From a virus: 46,647 bases of DNA. The notes below the pieces were generated by a model that was not told the DNA's origin, made no database searches, and saw only the letters and a list, made by a program, of their open reading frames with translations. The DNA lies in IMG/VR virus record IMGVR_UViG_3300010399_000049, positions 1 to 46,647 of that record; one strand, written 5' to 3'. Positions 8,008 through 16,578 of the stretch are shown in pieces (the stretch's first letter is position 1; every line of letters begins with the position of its first letter). Position numbers and translations under genes: made by a program.

Positions 8008-9558
8008 CTAGCGGCCGGCGGCGTTGTTGAACTTGGTGATGAGCGTTCGCGGCGTCGCGAACGGTGCCCACGCGACGGTGGGGTCGCCGGTGAACTTGCT
8101 CACCTGCTTGCCGCCGAGGCCGGTGCTCTTGGTCTCGATGAGCATCCCGACGCTGTCGTTCCGCGTCGGATTCTTCGCTTCGGCCTCGGCCTCGGCGTAG
8201 ATTTCCGACTCGACCAGGTCGAACGCGCGGCCCGTCAGCGAGTCGTGGATAGTCTCGGTCTTGTGCGTCTTGGTGTGCTTACGCAGACCGTCCGCGAGGC
8301 GCCGGCGGTACGCCGTCGGCTTCTCGCCGGGGAGCACCATCGGAGTGCGCTCGCCGAGCATCTGGTAGACCGAGTCGGCGCGGTGGAACGCAGCCGCAAC
8401 CGCGTTCGCGTCGTCGATCGTCAGCGGAGCCTGGCCGGCCTTGATTTCGGCCAGCGCGGTTTCGAGCTGCTGGATGCGCGCCTTCGAGTCCTTGATTTCG
8501 GTCTCGCGGTTGGCGTCGATTTCCTCGACCTTGGCCGCGTCTTTTTTCTCGGGCTCGGCCGCGGCTTCTTTCTCCTCGGCGTCGCAGCGTGCGCAGTCCA
8601 TGATGTCGTCCTTGGCATCGTGCTTCGCGTGGCGATCCTTGCGAGAGTCGCGCTTGGCGTCGGCCTTTTTCTTTTCGGCCTCTTCCTCGGCGCCTTTGCG
8701 CTCCGCGTCGAGGCGCGCCTTTTCGTCGGCGTCCTTCTTGGCGCGATCGTCGCGCTCTTTCAGTTCCGCCTCCGCTGCGTCCGCGCGCTTCTTCGCGTCG
8801 TCGCGCTCTTGTTCGAGGGCCTTCCGCTCTTCTTCGGTCACGACTTCTCCCTTTCCGATCAGAGAATCGAGTCTTACGCCTTCGGGAGGTCCGTCCTTAT
8901 CCCAAACACCTGCCTCGCAAATGGCGAGATGGTCGAGAATCAGCGGCAGCCCCTCATCCAAAACTTTAGCGCCGCTTTCAAGCGCGACGGGCTCGGCACC
9001 TTTCGGCGGCGTGACGCCCGGCGAAGTCGAGCGGTGCGTGCTTTGCATCGCCAAAGCCGCGTCGGCGTCGAAAATCTTGGCGACGCCCCAAACCTCGTCA
9101 CCCTTGACGTAGGGGAGGACGATTTGGCCGATGGCCCGCTCCCGGTACTCCTCGGCGTTCAGCCCGGACTTTTCGGGATGGTCCCAGATGACGGCCAGGC
9201 CGTTACAACGTTGGACGAACTCGTCCGAAAGCCACAACTCCGGATCCCGAAACGCCCACTCGTCGAGCGCGCTGCGGAAGGCCATGCCCGTGCCGGTGAT
9301 GCGCAGGTCGAAGAACCAGAACGCGCCGTAGGCCTGCGGGCTGGAGAAGCGGCCATCGCGGATGCCGACGGCTACATCGTGGTCTGAAGCGTCGATCGTG
9401 GGCGCCTCGAACGAGGCGACGTCACTCACTACGTCGGCGGTTGTCGCGTCGGCTCGTTCTTCGGTCGGCACGCGGTCCCCATTCGTCGCGCGCGGCGTGG
9501 CCCCTCGGAAATGCAGAAGGCCCGCCGTGTGGAGCAGCGGCGGGCCGACGTGGGGCAC
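8008..9558 (-). CDS. Prohead protease-like domain fused to a charged scaffold-like coiled coil
   Basis: The N-terminal part (..LAVIWDHPEKSG..VWGVAKIFDADAA..) resembles DUF2213-type phage proteins. It is followed by about 130 aa of extreme K/E/A/D composition typical of scaffolding. The GTG start at 9558 is uncertain, although hand-counted GC3 of codons 1-44 is about 80 percent. Confidence 0.6.
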   Translation of the reverse strand: MPHVGPPLLHTAGLLHFRGATPRATNGDRVPTEERADATTADVVSDVASFEAPTIDASDHDVAVGIRDGRFSSPQAYGAFWFFDLRITGTGMAFRSALDEWAFRDPELWLSDEFVQRCNGLAVIWDHPEKSGLNAEEYRERAIGQIVLPYVKGDEVWGVAKIFDADAALAMQSTHRSTSPGVTPPKGAEPVALESGAKVLDEGLPLILDHLAICEAGVWDKDGPPEGVRLDSLIGKGEVVTEEERKALEQERDDAKKRADAAEAELKERDDRAKKDADEKARLDAERKGAEEEAEKKKADAKRDSRKDRHAKHDAKDDIMDCARCDAEEKEAAAEPEKKDAAKVEEIDANRETEIKDSKARIQQLETALAEIKAGQAPLTIDDANAVAAAFHRADSVYQMLGERTPMVLPGEKPTAYRRRLADGLRKHTKTHKTETIHDSLTGRAFDLVESEIYAEAEAEAKNPTRNDSVGMLIETKSTGLGGKQVSKFTGDPTVAWAPFATPRTLITKFNNAAGR

Positions 9559-9940
9559 GGCTCCGGATGGCGCCGCCCATTTCCTGACGACGTTGCTCCG
9601 CCCGGGCCGATTATCTCATTCTCGGCCAGAATAGACAACGGCCCTCGGTTTTCACCGAGAGCCGTCGAGAGGGTTCGCTTCATCGCTCGCGAACGCTCGG
9701 TCTGCCTGACCCAGAGTAGAGTTTCATCGCCATCGCATAGCTGTCCTGTCGCACAGGCGGTTCCTCCGAATCGAATATCCCGAAGCGAGAATCTCGAAAT
9801 GGGTGCCAGCCACCAACGCTGGTTTATACTCGGCCCCACATCCACGGTGGGGAGGGAGGGATAGATAGGCTATAGGTCGCCCGATTTCAGCGGCCTTTAC
9901 GAAGATTTCAAGCCTAAATCCTTCGCGAGCGAGGAAGAAA

Positions 9941-10243
9941 ATGCCGATGATGTCTGCTCCGGTCCTCCGCGGATCGTTCGAGCGTTCTCTGCCGTCAGAC
10001 CTCAAGGAACTCGCCACCTGGCTAAATCATCGTCTGCGGGGCAAGGAACGCCCGACTTGCGGGTGCGGCCAATCCATGCGAGTCGCCTACTCGCCCAAGG
10101 GTCACACGCTCCTGTGGGGGTGCCCGAACTACGCCAAGTGTGGTTCCAGGGCCCGGGAGGTCGACCAAGCCAAGGTCTACGCCTACGCCAAGAAGCGCCT
10201 TCGGCACGCGCCCAAGGACTGCGTTCGCGGGTCATTCGGATGA
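9941..10243 (+). CDS. Zinc-finger protein (topoisomerase-type C4-like); plus-strand moron gene
   Basis: RBS GAGGAAG before the ATG. CGCG..(x14)..WGCPNYAKC resembles zf-C4_Topoisom. The opposite strand to all flanking late genes. Confidence 0.55.
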   Translation: MPMMSAPVLRGSFERSLPSDLKELATWLNHRLRGKERPTCGCGQSMRVAYSPKGHTLLWGCPNYAKCGSRAREVDQAKVYAYAKKRLRHAPKDCVRGSFG

Positions 10244-10461
10244 TGGACGAGTTCGACAACCTGAGCGACGGCCGCAAGAGCCTCGTGCCGCGATCGCGCG
10301 CTCGGTCGCGCGGGACGGTCGTTACCAACCCGCCCTCCGAGCGGCTCGTCAGTTCGACGGTCGAGACCGGCACGTTCGAGAACGACCTGGGGCGCTGGTC
10401 GTTTCGCCGCATCCCTGAAATGCCGGCGACGCCCGACCATCCGCCTTACCGGGAGAAATAG
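10240..10461 (+). CDS. Hypothetical small protein (73 aa), second gene of the plus-strand cassette
   Basis: In-frame ATG ATG at 10240/10243 overlaps the upstream TGA. It is the C-terminal part of ORF-track ORF 10057..10461. Confidence 0.4.
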   Translation: MMDEFDNLSDGRKSLVPRSRARSRGTVVTNPPSERLVSSTVETGTFENDLGRWSFRRIPEMPATPDHPPYREK

Positions 10462-10510
10462 GGGACAATCGTAGCCGAATCGGCTACAATCGGAGCGAGA
10501 CCAGGCACCG

Positions 10511-10544
10511 GAGCGCCTCGCCCTTCCAAGGGGGCGGGGCGCTC
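10511..10544. terminator. GC-rich hairpin between convergent genes (candidate bidirectional terminator)
   Basis: gagcgcctcgccctt-cc-aagggggcggggcgctc: about a 15-bp stem with one mismatch. It lies 50 nt after the plus-strand stop and 4 nt after the minus-strand stop. The U tract is weak. Confidence 0.45.
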
Positions 10545-10547
10545 GCT

Positions 10548-11363
10548 TTACGCGACGATGCCCTTCACGAACCCCCGGCCCTTGGCCGTCAGCAGCTCGT
10601 CGGGCAGCGCGTGCGGCGTCGAGACGTACTCGTAGAAGCACGAGCAGCCGGGCAACTCGGCCGGCTGCTCTATCTCGTCCGTGTACGAGAGCCCGCCCTT
10701 CTTGACCAGGCCGTCGGCCATCGCCCAGGATCCGCGCACCAGGAACATCGTCCCCGAACGCTTGAGGTGCGCCGGCCGCGCGTCGTAGGAGTGGTCGTGC
10801 TCGCCCCGGTCGTGCCAGATGGCCGCGATGGCGCCCTGCGCGCCGGCGGCGACGTGCGCGATGGCCGCGGAAAGTTTGTGCCCCTGGTCGATCGCGACGC
10901 GGCGCGCCTCGTACTTCACCTGGGCCACCGACTTGCCGATATTCGAGGCGGCCTCGCGGATGTCGGGCTTCGGCCGGCCGCCCTTGGGGACCGACGTGAC
11001 CCAGCCCGAGAACCGCTGGAGCGTCTGCTGCGTCACCTTGCGCCGGTTCAGCCGGATGAGGTCGACGCCGGCGAAGATGCGCCGGTCCAGCTCGGCGCGC
11101 AGCGACGGCGCGATCCGGTCGAGTGTGTATCTCGAGATGCCCGGGACGCGCTTGACCAGCCCGCCCTTGAGGTCGCGGAAGAAGACCTGCGTCAGGACCT
11201 TCGTCAGCTGCCGGCGGGTGAACTCGTCGGTGGGCAACTCGTACTCGAGCGCGGCGTGGAGCCGGATAAGCCAATCGTGGAGGTCGGCCGGGTTCGAGTA
11301 GCCCTTCTCGCCGAACTCCCGCAACGCTTCGAGCAGCAGGGTCCGGAAGTTGGGCCGGATCAT
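10548..11363 (-). CDS. Minor head morphogenesis protein (Mu F / SPP1 gp7-like)
   Basis: Start moved to ATG 11363 (ATGA overlap with the upstream stop). The C-terminal W..D.G..D...D.RP.H....G..F......P..LPGCSC pattern matches the MuF-family signature. Follows the portal region. Confidence 0.7.
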   Translation of the reverse strand: MIRPNFRTLLLEALREFGEKGYSNPADLHDWLIRLHAALEYELPTDEFTRRQLTKVLTQVFFRDLKGGLVKRVPGISRYTLDRIAPSLRAELDRRIFAGVDLIRLNRRKVTQQTLQRFSGWVTSVPKGGRPKPDIREAASNIGKSVAQVKYEARRVAIDQGHKLSAAIAHVAAGAQGAIAAIWHDRGEHDHSYDARPAHLKRSGTMFLVRGSWAMADGLVKKGGLSYTDEIEQPAELPGCSCFYEYVSTPHALPDELLTAKGRGFVKGIVA

Positions 11364-11827
11364 GGCGAGACCATCGCGGTCTTGTCCGGGTGCTTCTTCA
11401 CGCAGGCGACGGCGTGGCGCGCGCATCGGTGCGGGTTGCCCCGGTGGGTGGTCGACGAGCAGGTCATCACCACGGCGGAATGGCAGAGCCCGTCCCGATC
11501 GCAACGCGAGTAGCCAGAACAGCCGGCGTGCGCGAGGATGCGCGCCTCGCGCGCCGCGTGCTCGAACGCCTTCGCCTCGGCGTCGAGGTACTCCGATTCG
11601 GGTGCCAGGAGCTTCTCGTCGAGCGCCATCGTGAGGCAGCCCCAGCAGTACGCGTAGTCGACGTTCCGGACCCGCAGGTAGAAGACGGCGACGCGCGGGC
11701 ACCGGAGCGTGCCGGCGAGCATCTTGCTACACGGGACGGATTGCATCCGGACGCGCGAGACCACCGCCGATTCGACCGCCTGGGCGCGGCGGCGCGCGAT
11801 CGCCGGGTTCCGGATTTCGGGGGTCAC
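11360..11827 (-). CDS. Cys/His-rich hypothetical protein (155 aa)
   Basis: GTGA overlap with the upstream stop. Contains 10 Cys, including CWGC and C..C..C clusters. No family recognised. Confidence 0.5.
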   Translation of the reverse strand: MTPEIRNPAIARRRAQAVESAVVSRVRMQSVPCSKMLAGTLRCPRVAVFYLRVRNVDYAYCWGCLTMALDEKLLAPESEYLDAEAKAFEHAAREARILAHAGCSGYSRCDRDGLCHSAVVMTCSSTTHRGNPHRCARHAVACVKKHPDKTAMVSP

Positions 11828-12066
11828 TCGCCCTGCTCGTGCTCCGGTGCGGGCTCGGCGGCCTCAGGTTCGGGCGGCGCGTGCTCGACCTCGGTCGCCG
11901 CCGTCGGCACCACCTCGACCGGAGGGAGCGTCGGCTTCGGCCCGGCGTCGCGCGGCGGCCGCATATCGGCCGTGGGCAGTTTGCCCGGGCGCTTGCACCG
12001 CCAGCAGTACGGCTCGGTGGTGTACGTCGCGCCGCACGCGCGGCAGGTCCAGGTCTCGTCAGCCAT
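11824..12066 (-). CDS. Small zinc-ribbon protein with Pro/Glu/Ala-rich tail
   Basis: CRAC...(x10)...CWRC at the N-terminus. ORF-track ORF, coupled to neighbours. Confidence 0.5.
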   Translation of the reverse strand: MADETWTCRACGATYTTEPYCWRCKRPGKLPTADMRPPRDAGPKPTLPPVEVVPTAATEVEHAPPEPEAAEPAPEHEQGE

Positions 12067-12076
12067 GATGCGCTCC

Positions 12077-13561
12077 TTACGCCAGCGCCGAGAACGGGCG
12101 CGGCTCGTGGCTCTCTTTCGGGTCCGGGGCCTCCATCGCTTCCTTTGCCTCGGCCTCCGAGGTCTCGAAGTAGTCGCGAATCTCTTGCTCGTCCAGGTCC
12201 AGGTTGCCGGCGAACAGATGCTCGCGATCGTTGACGTTCTCGGCCGCCCAGATGAAGAGCTTCGCCTTCACGTCCGGCGGCGCCGTCGGCAGAAGCGTCT
12301 CGAGCAGCGCGATAACCGCCTTCAGTTGGACGTCCTCGGTCTTGACCTTCTCGGAATCCGGCTCGCTCTTGAGGTTCGGCCAGCTCGCCTTGAAGTTCCG
12401 GATCGCGTCGTGAAGCATCCGCTCGTGCCCGCCCTCGCCGAACTCGCTGTAGTCGCCGCGGAGCGTCTCGTAGTAGTCGGGCGTGAACGCCTTGCGCCGG
12501 CAGATGGCGTCCAGGAACGCGTAGGCCGGATTCATGTCCTGGCGCAACTGGCCGAGGAAGTCGATTTCCTTGTTCGCGTCCTCGGTGCCCTCGCCGAACC
12601 CTTCGGTCAGCGTCTCCTGCGCGATGATCGACGCCGGCATCCCCGCACCCGAAGCGATGTCCTTGATGACGTTTGTCCGGGCCTCGTTGAAGGCTTTGTC
12701 GAGGTTCTGCATATTGAGCGTCTCGATGTTCTCCTCGATGCCGATGGAGAGCACCTGACCCGTGGATCCGGCCTTCACGGCCGCGCGCTTCACGCCCCAG
12801 AACGACTGCATGATATTGTCGACGAACGACCCGGGCGCTTTCGCCTTGAAGACCACGAGCCCGGCCTTCTGGATGACCATCTGGTTCGTGATCATCGCCT
12901 GGATGTAGGACTTCAGCGGGTAGAGCACGCGCTGGTAGACCGAGCGGCCGACGAAGCCATACGCCGACGACGTCCAGTCGATATACAACGGCTGCTCGTG
13001 CATCTTCACGAACAGGCGCGACGGATGCCAGACCTTGCCCTGGACGCTGACCTGCCCGCGCGGCTTGAGGAAGCCGGGCGAGTTCGGATCCAGGTCGAGC
13101 ACCAGCGATCCGGCCGTGTTGAGCGGGTCGAGGATATTGAAGAACAGGTCGGCCGTCGCGATCTTGTTCATGTCGAGCGGCGTGGACGTATCCTTGCCCA
13201 CCTCGCCGACGGCCAGCGACGCGATGCCGTAGATGCGCGATGTCGACATGAGGTTGTGGAGAATCGCCGTGCCGCCGAACTGCCCGAGCGAATCCCAGGT
13301 GGAGACGTATCGGTCGACCAGACGCTCCTCGCCGAGCATCGGGATGCTGATTTCGCGCGGCTTGGCCTGCGCGCGCGTCACCGGCGCGTCGGTCAGCACC
13401 GCTCCGAGCGGGTGATACGAGAAGATGGTTTTGCAGAGCTGGTAGCTCGGGCCCGAGCCCGGCTGAATCTCGGCGGCCATGAGCAACTGGGTCAGCGCCG
13501 TCCCGATCCCGCTATCCGCGCTCGCGAAGGCCTGGCTGTCGTCCTGAGGGCCGTTATTCAT
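12077..13561 (-). CDS. Portal protein
   Basis: 494 aa, downstream of terL and upstream of the MuF-like gene. Sequence style recalls DUF1073-type portals. Confidence 0.75.
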   Translation of the reverse strand: MNNGPQDDSQAFASADSGIGTALTQLLMAAEIQPGSGPSYQLCKTIFSYHPLGAVLTDAPVTRAQAKPREISIPMLGEERLVDRYVSTWDSLGQFGGTAILHNLMSTSRIYGIASLAVGEVGKDTSTPLDMNKIATADLFFNILDPLNTAGSLVLDLDPNSPGFLKPRGQVSVQGKVWHPSRLFVKMHEQPLYIDWTSSAYGFVGRSVYQRVLYPLKSYIQAMITNQMVIQKAGLVVFKAKAPGSFVDNIMQSFWGVKRAAVKAGSTGQVLSIGIEENIETLNMQNLDKAFNEARTNVIKDIASGAGMPASIIAQETLTEGFGEGTEDANKEIDFLGQLRQDMNPAYAFLDAICRRKAFTPDYYETLRGDYSEFGEGGHERMLHDAIRNFKASWPNLKSEPDSEKVKTEDVQLKAVIALLETLLPTAPPDVKAKLFIWAAENVNDREHLFAGNLDLDEQEIRDYFETSEAEAKEAMEAPDPKESHEPRPFSALA

Positions 13562-13859
13562 CAGCGGAGACCTTTCGAGCGTTCGAGTCGGCGTGGACGA
13601 TGAAGACGCCGTCGGTCAGGTTCCAATGGCAGACGCCCAGCGAGTGGGTGACGCGCACGCTCGGCACCAGCGTCATCGCCGCCTGGTCGAACCTCCAGCG
13701 GTTCGCCGCCGGCGCGATCGTCACGACGTGGAGCGCCTCGCAGACCGGGCAGCAGACCATCAGGTTGAAGTGGTAGTTCTCGGCGCCTATGCCGACGTCG
13801 CCGGGCCGCGAGAGCACCGCGTAGTGGTCGATGTCGGTCCCCATCCAGCGAGCGTTCAT
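13554..13859 (-). CDS. Small Cys-containing phage protein (DUF6527-like by recollection)
   Basis: CCPVC...PSVRV....CHW..TDG pattern. Lies between terL and the portal gene, overlapping the portal start by 8 nt. Confidence 0.5.
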   Translation of the reverse strand: MNARWMGTDIDHYAVLSRPGDVGIGAENYHFNLMVCCPVCEALHVVTIAPAANRWRFDQAAMTLVPSVRVTHSLGVCHWNLTDGVFIVHADSNARKVSADE

Positions 13860-13880
13860 AGCCCGCCTGTTTCCCCGCGC

Positions 13881-15377
13881 CTAGATGCCTTTCCGCTCGC
13901 CGGCGTTCGTCCCGCACGTCATCAGCACGCCGTAGCAGAAGACGTCCAGCAGGTCCAGCCCGTCTTTCTGCTTCGACCCCAGCCGGAAGTCGGTGATTTG
14001 CGTCGTGAGATGGTTCGCCGCGCGCCCCTTGAGCACCGAGGTCTTCGTGTAGGCCGGCTCGGTGATTTTGACCAAGCCGGCGATGACGTAGGGCGCGGCG
14101 GCGATCGCGCGCTCCTCCTTGCCCATCGCCGTCAGCTTCGAATCGATGGGGTGCGCGAGCGGGCGTTTCCCCTCCTTGGCCGCCAGGTTCTGCGACTGTT
14201 GGATGAGCACTGTGCCGGTGGCCTTGTCCTCGATGATGGCGCCCGAATAGCCCCGCCGCGCGCCGCACTCGCGCGCCAGCTCCTCGCCGCGCGCGTGGAC
14301 GCTGGGCAGCCAATCGGCCTGGTCGGCCCCCTCGACCTGGATGATGTCCCAATCCAGGATGAGCGTCGGCGTCTCGGTGGTCAGCGGATTGTAGGAGTAC
14401 CACGCGACCGCGGTCGAGTTGTGCTGCTGGCCCGACTTGATGGCCGTATCGATGATGGCGAACACGGTCTCGCAGTTGGTCGGCATCTCCACCGGCATCC
14501 GGAGCGGCTCGCCGAAAACGTTCGTCAGGCTCGAGGGGACGAGCAGGTCGTCCAGGTTGAAGAACGACGCGCCGCGCGGCTTCGGATCCTGCTGGTAGAG
14601 CGCGCCCCAGACGTACTCGCCCACGTTTTTCCGGATGCCGGCTACGATTTCGGGGAGCGTCCAGGTGCCGTCCTCACGCTGGACCGGCGGCCGCGTCCCG
14701 CCCAGCAGGGCTATCTCGTCCTGCCATTCCGGCCAGAGCGCGGCGCCGATCGCGCGCCCGAGCGGGTCGTTCGGCGAATCGCAGATGGCCGGCAGCTTGA
14801 GAACCGCCCATTGGTCGCCCTCGCCCGACGCGGCCGCCTGAAGGAGCCGGCCCGAGAGGTCGTCTTCGTGCCACCTGGTCTGGATGACGATTATCCACGC
14901 GTCGGGCTTGAGGCGCGTATAGAGTTCGGCCTGATACCAGTCCCAGGTGCCCTGGCGGTACGTCGGCGATTCGGCCTCGAGCGCGCTCTTGACCGGGTCA
15001 TCAATCAGCGCGCCGTCGGCACGCCGGCCGGTGATGGAGCCGCCGACGCCGGCCGCGCGGTAGAACCCGCCGTTCGTCGTGCGCCACCGCTGGACGTTCT
15101 GGGTCGCCAGGCCGTACCCGAGGATGGACTGGTGCCGGCGGATGTAACCTTGCACCGCGCTCGAGAAGTCCTCGGCCAGGTCCGAGCCGTGGCTGACCCC
15201 GATCATGTCCTGGTTCTCTTTCTGCGCGAAGAACCAGGGCGGGAACAGTTTAGACGCATAGGTCGATTTCGCGCTGCCTGGCGGAAGATTTATCATCAGG
15301 CGTTTAATCTCGCCCGTCTGGACTTTCGTCAGCGCGTTCAGGAGGAGCCGATGGTGCGCAGCCGGCGTCTGGTGCAT
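13881..15377 (-). CDS. terL: Terminase large subunit
   Basis: Walker A-like PPGSAKST, Walker B / coupling motif IIVIQTRWHEDDLSGRL, and a C-terminal nuclease-type region. The true N-terminus probably lies upstream of 15377 (see finding). Confidence 0.9.
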   Translation of the reverse strand: MHQTPAAHHRLLLNALTKVQTGEIKRLMINLPPGSAKSTYASKLFPPWFFAQKENQDMIGVSHGSDLAEDFSSAVQGYIRRHQSILGYGLATQNVQRWRTTNGGFYRAAGVGGSITGRRADGALIDDPVKSALEAESPTYRQGTWDWYQAELYTRLKPDAWIIVIQTRWHEDDLSGRLLQAAASGEGDQWAVLKLPAICDSPNDPLGRAIGAALWPEWQDEIALLGGTRPPVQREDGTWTLPEIVAGIRKNVGEYVWGALYQQDPKPRGASFFNLDDLLVPSSLTNVFGEPLRMPVEMPTNCETVFAIIDTAIKSGQQHNSTAVAWYSYNPLTTETPTLILDWDIIQVEGADQADWLPSVHARGEELARECGARRGYSGAIIEDKATGTVLIQQSQNLAAKEGKRPLAHPIDSKLTAMGKEERAIAAAPYVIAGLVKITEPAYTKTSVLKGRAANHLTTQITDFRLGSKQKDGLDLLDVFCYGVLMTCGTNAGERKGI

Positions 15378-15487
15378 CGGGGCCAGCGCCTCAATCGTCC
15401 AGGCGGTCAGGTCCCGCCGGCACTCCCGCTCCCACCGAACCCGCTCGAGCCGAGCCAGTTGCTCGCGCGCCTCGCGCTCCTGGTCGA

Positions 15488-15937
15488 CTAGGATCCGGAT
15501 GGCGGCTCTACCTTGGCCGGACCGATCGCCTTCTGGCCCTCGTCCAGCCCGCGCAGCTCGTTCAGCTTGCCCAGCCGATCGCGCGTCGCCTGAATCTCGC
15601 CCTCGAGCGCGACGTCGTCGAGCATCGAGAGCGGGTCGACGTCGGCGTTCAAGACCCGCTGGACCGGCAGGCCCTCAATCCGGTTCAAGAGCTTCTCGGC
15701 CGCGTTCATCCGCGTCTCCTCGCGCACGCCGCCGTGGGCAAGCTCGTAGAGCAGCTCCTTCATCTCCTCGGCGTGCCGCGTCTGCCGCTCCAGCCGGGCC
15801 TCGCCCTCCTTGGTGTAGTTCCCACGCCCCGGGCCCGCGCCGGCGAACGTGTGGCGCTCCGAACCCGACCCAGGACCCTTCGGAGGACCACCCCAACCCT
15901 CACCTTTCCCGACGCCGTTCCCCTTGCGACGAGGCAT
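15488..15937 (-). CDS. terS: Terminase small subunit (candidate)
   Basis: 149 aa immediately upstream of terL. Gly/Lys-rich N-terminus followed by a helical region. The call rests on position and size. Confidence 0.5.
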   Translation of the reverse strand: MPRRKGNGVGKGEGWGGPPKGPGSGSERHTFAGAGPGRGNYTKEGEARLERQTRHAEEMKELLYELAHGGVREETRMNAAEKLLNRIEGLPVQRVLNADVDPLSMLDDVALEGEIQATRDRLGKLNELRGLDEGQKAIGPAKVEPPSGS

Positions 15938-16137
15938 CAGCCGGTCACCGGACGGTGGACGATGGGCATTTTCACGCTCAAATCCGGCCGCGCACGCGCG
16001 AGGTTTTCCGGCGGATGGCCGCTTTTCGTGGCCTTAGCCGCTCCGGATGTGGCCCGAAAACGCTCGTCGTCGAGGCAGAGGGCACAGATTTCGCCCACGC
16101 AGACGGATAGGATGCGGCATTGGGGGCAGATTCTCAC
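15937..16137 (-). CDS. Small zinc-ribbon protein (66 aa)
   Basis: CPQC...CALC. The GTG start overlaps the upstream stop (GTGA), and its stop overlaps the terS ATG. Confidence 0.45.
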   Translation of the reverse strand: MRICPQCRILSVCVGEICALCLDDERFRATSGAAKATKSGHPPENLARARPDLSVKMPIVHRPVTG

Positions 16138-16304
16138 GCTCGGACCTCTTGGGGACCGGGGACGTTCTTCCAGGCGTGGCCGCCGTCAAGGGAGCACGCG
16201 TGGGAGATTCCGAGGCGCGGGATGGAGATTGGCTCCTGGCCGCAGTTCGCGCAGGTGGGGAGGTCCCGGCGCATCTGGTCCGTCACCACGACAGCCTGGT
16301 TCAT
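16134..16304 (-). CDS. Small protein (56 aa, below the ORF-track cut-off)
   Basis: Hand translation: MNQAVVVTDQMRRDLPTCANCGQEPISIPRLGISHACSLDGGHAWKNVPGPQEVRA. ATGA overlap upstream and GTGA overlap downstream. Confidence 0.45.
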   Translation of the reverse strand: MNQAVVVTDQMRRDLPTCANCGQEPISIPRLGISHACSLDGGHAWKNVPGPQEVRA

Positions 16305-16510
16305 GTCAGCCGCGCGACGCCGATCGACCGATGCTCGCGCCGGAAGCGTTTCGAGGCCTTGGCCCCGTGGACGCCGGCGCGCTTGCGGGCGGTCTTGGCC
16401 CAGTCGGATCCGATGATGGAACCGTCGAGCCGGCAGGGCTGCCTCAGGAGGCGGCCAGTGATGGTGCGGCCCGGGCGGCCCTGGGTCCGCTGCTCGGTAA
16501 ATCCGTTCAT
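16301..16510 (-). CDS. Small basic protein, first gene of the late operon
   Basis: ORF-track ORF with RBS AAAGGA 9 nt before the ATG. Arg/Lys-rich. Confidence 0.45.
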   Translation of the reverse strand: MNGFTEQRTQGRPGRTITGRLLRQPCRLDGSIIGSDWAKTARKRAGVHGAKASKRFRREHRSIGVARLT

Positions 16511-16578
16511 GGGATGGGTCCTTTCATGCGGTGCGAGAGAGGTCCAGATTCTTTCCTGGGATTCGTGGGCTCGCCCTC

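Noticed and set aside
8421-9112. Low-complexity, purine-rich repetitive DNA and alternative-frame ORFs (8421..8618, 8441..9112) in the protease/scaffold gene.
   Set aside because: The repetitiveness reflects the K/E/A/D coiled-coil coding sequence. The alternative frames give poly-Arg/Ser/Pro products.
9429-9845. 138-aa minus-strand ORF in the 380-bp spacer, whose stop abuts an in-frame GTG (9429) of the protease/scaffold gene.
   Set aside because: Its C-terminal half is Arg/Pro-rich. The competing frame (protease gene from GTG 9558) has hand-counted GC3 near 80 percent over the overlap, so that frame is taken as the coding one. The start of the protease gene remains uncertain.
10183-11274. 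363-aa minus-strand ORF and 384-aa ORF-track version (10548..11702) of the MuF-like gene.
   Set aside because: The 10183..11274 ORF is an off-frame Arg/Pro/Ala-rich product. The first 113 residues of the 384-aa version are equally junk-like and overlap the upstream gene. ATG 11363 forms an ATGA junction.
11390-13603. 737-aa plus-strand ORF antisense to the portal gene. Similar giants occur at 2836..4419, 13593..15491, 7960..9387, 36236..37468, 37892..39172, 40822..41733 and 42380..44083.
   Set aside because: The products are dominated by Arg/Gly/Asp/Val/Leu with no motifs. Each lies exactly opposite a gene with clear homology-type motifs. Long antisense open frames are expected in GC-rich DNA.
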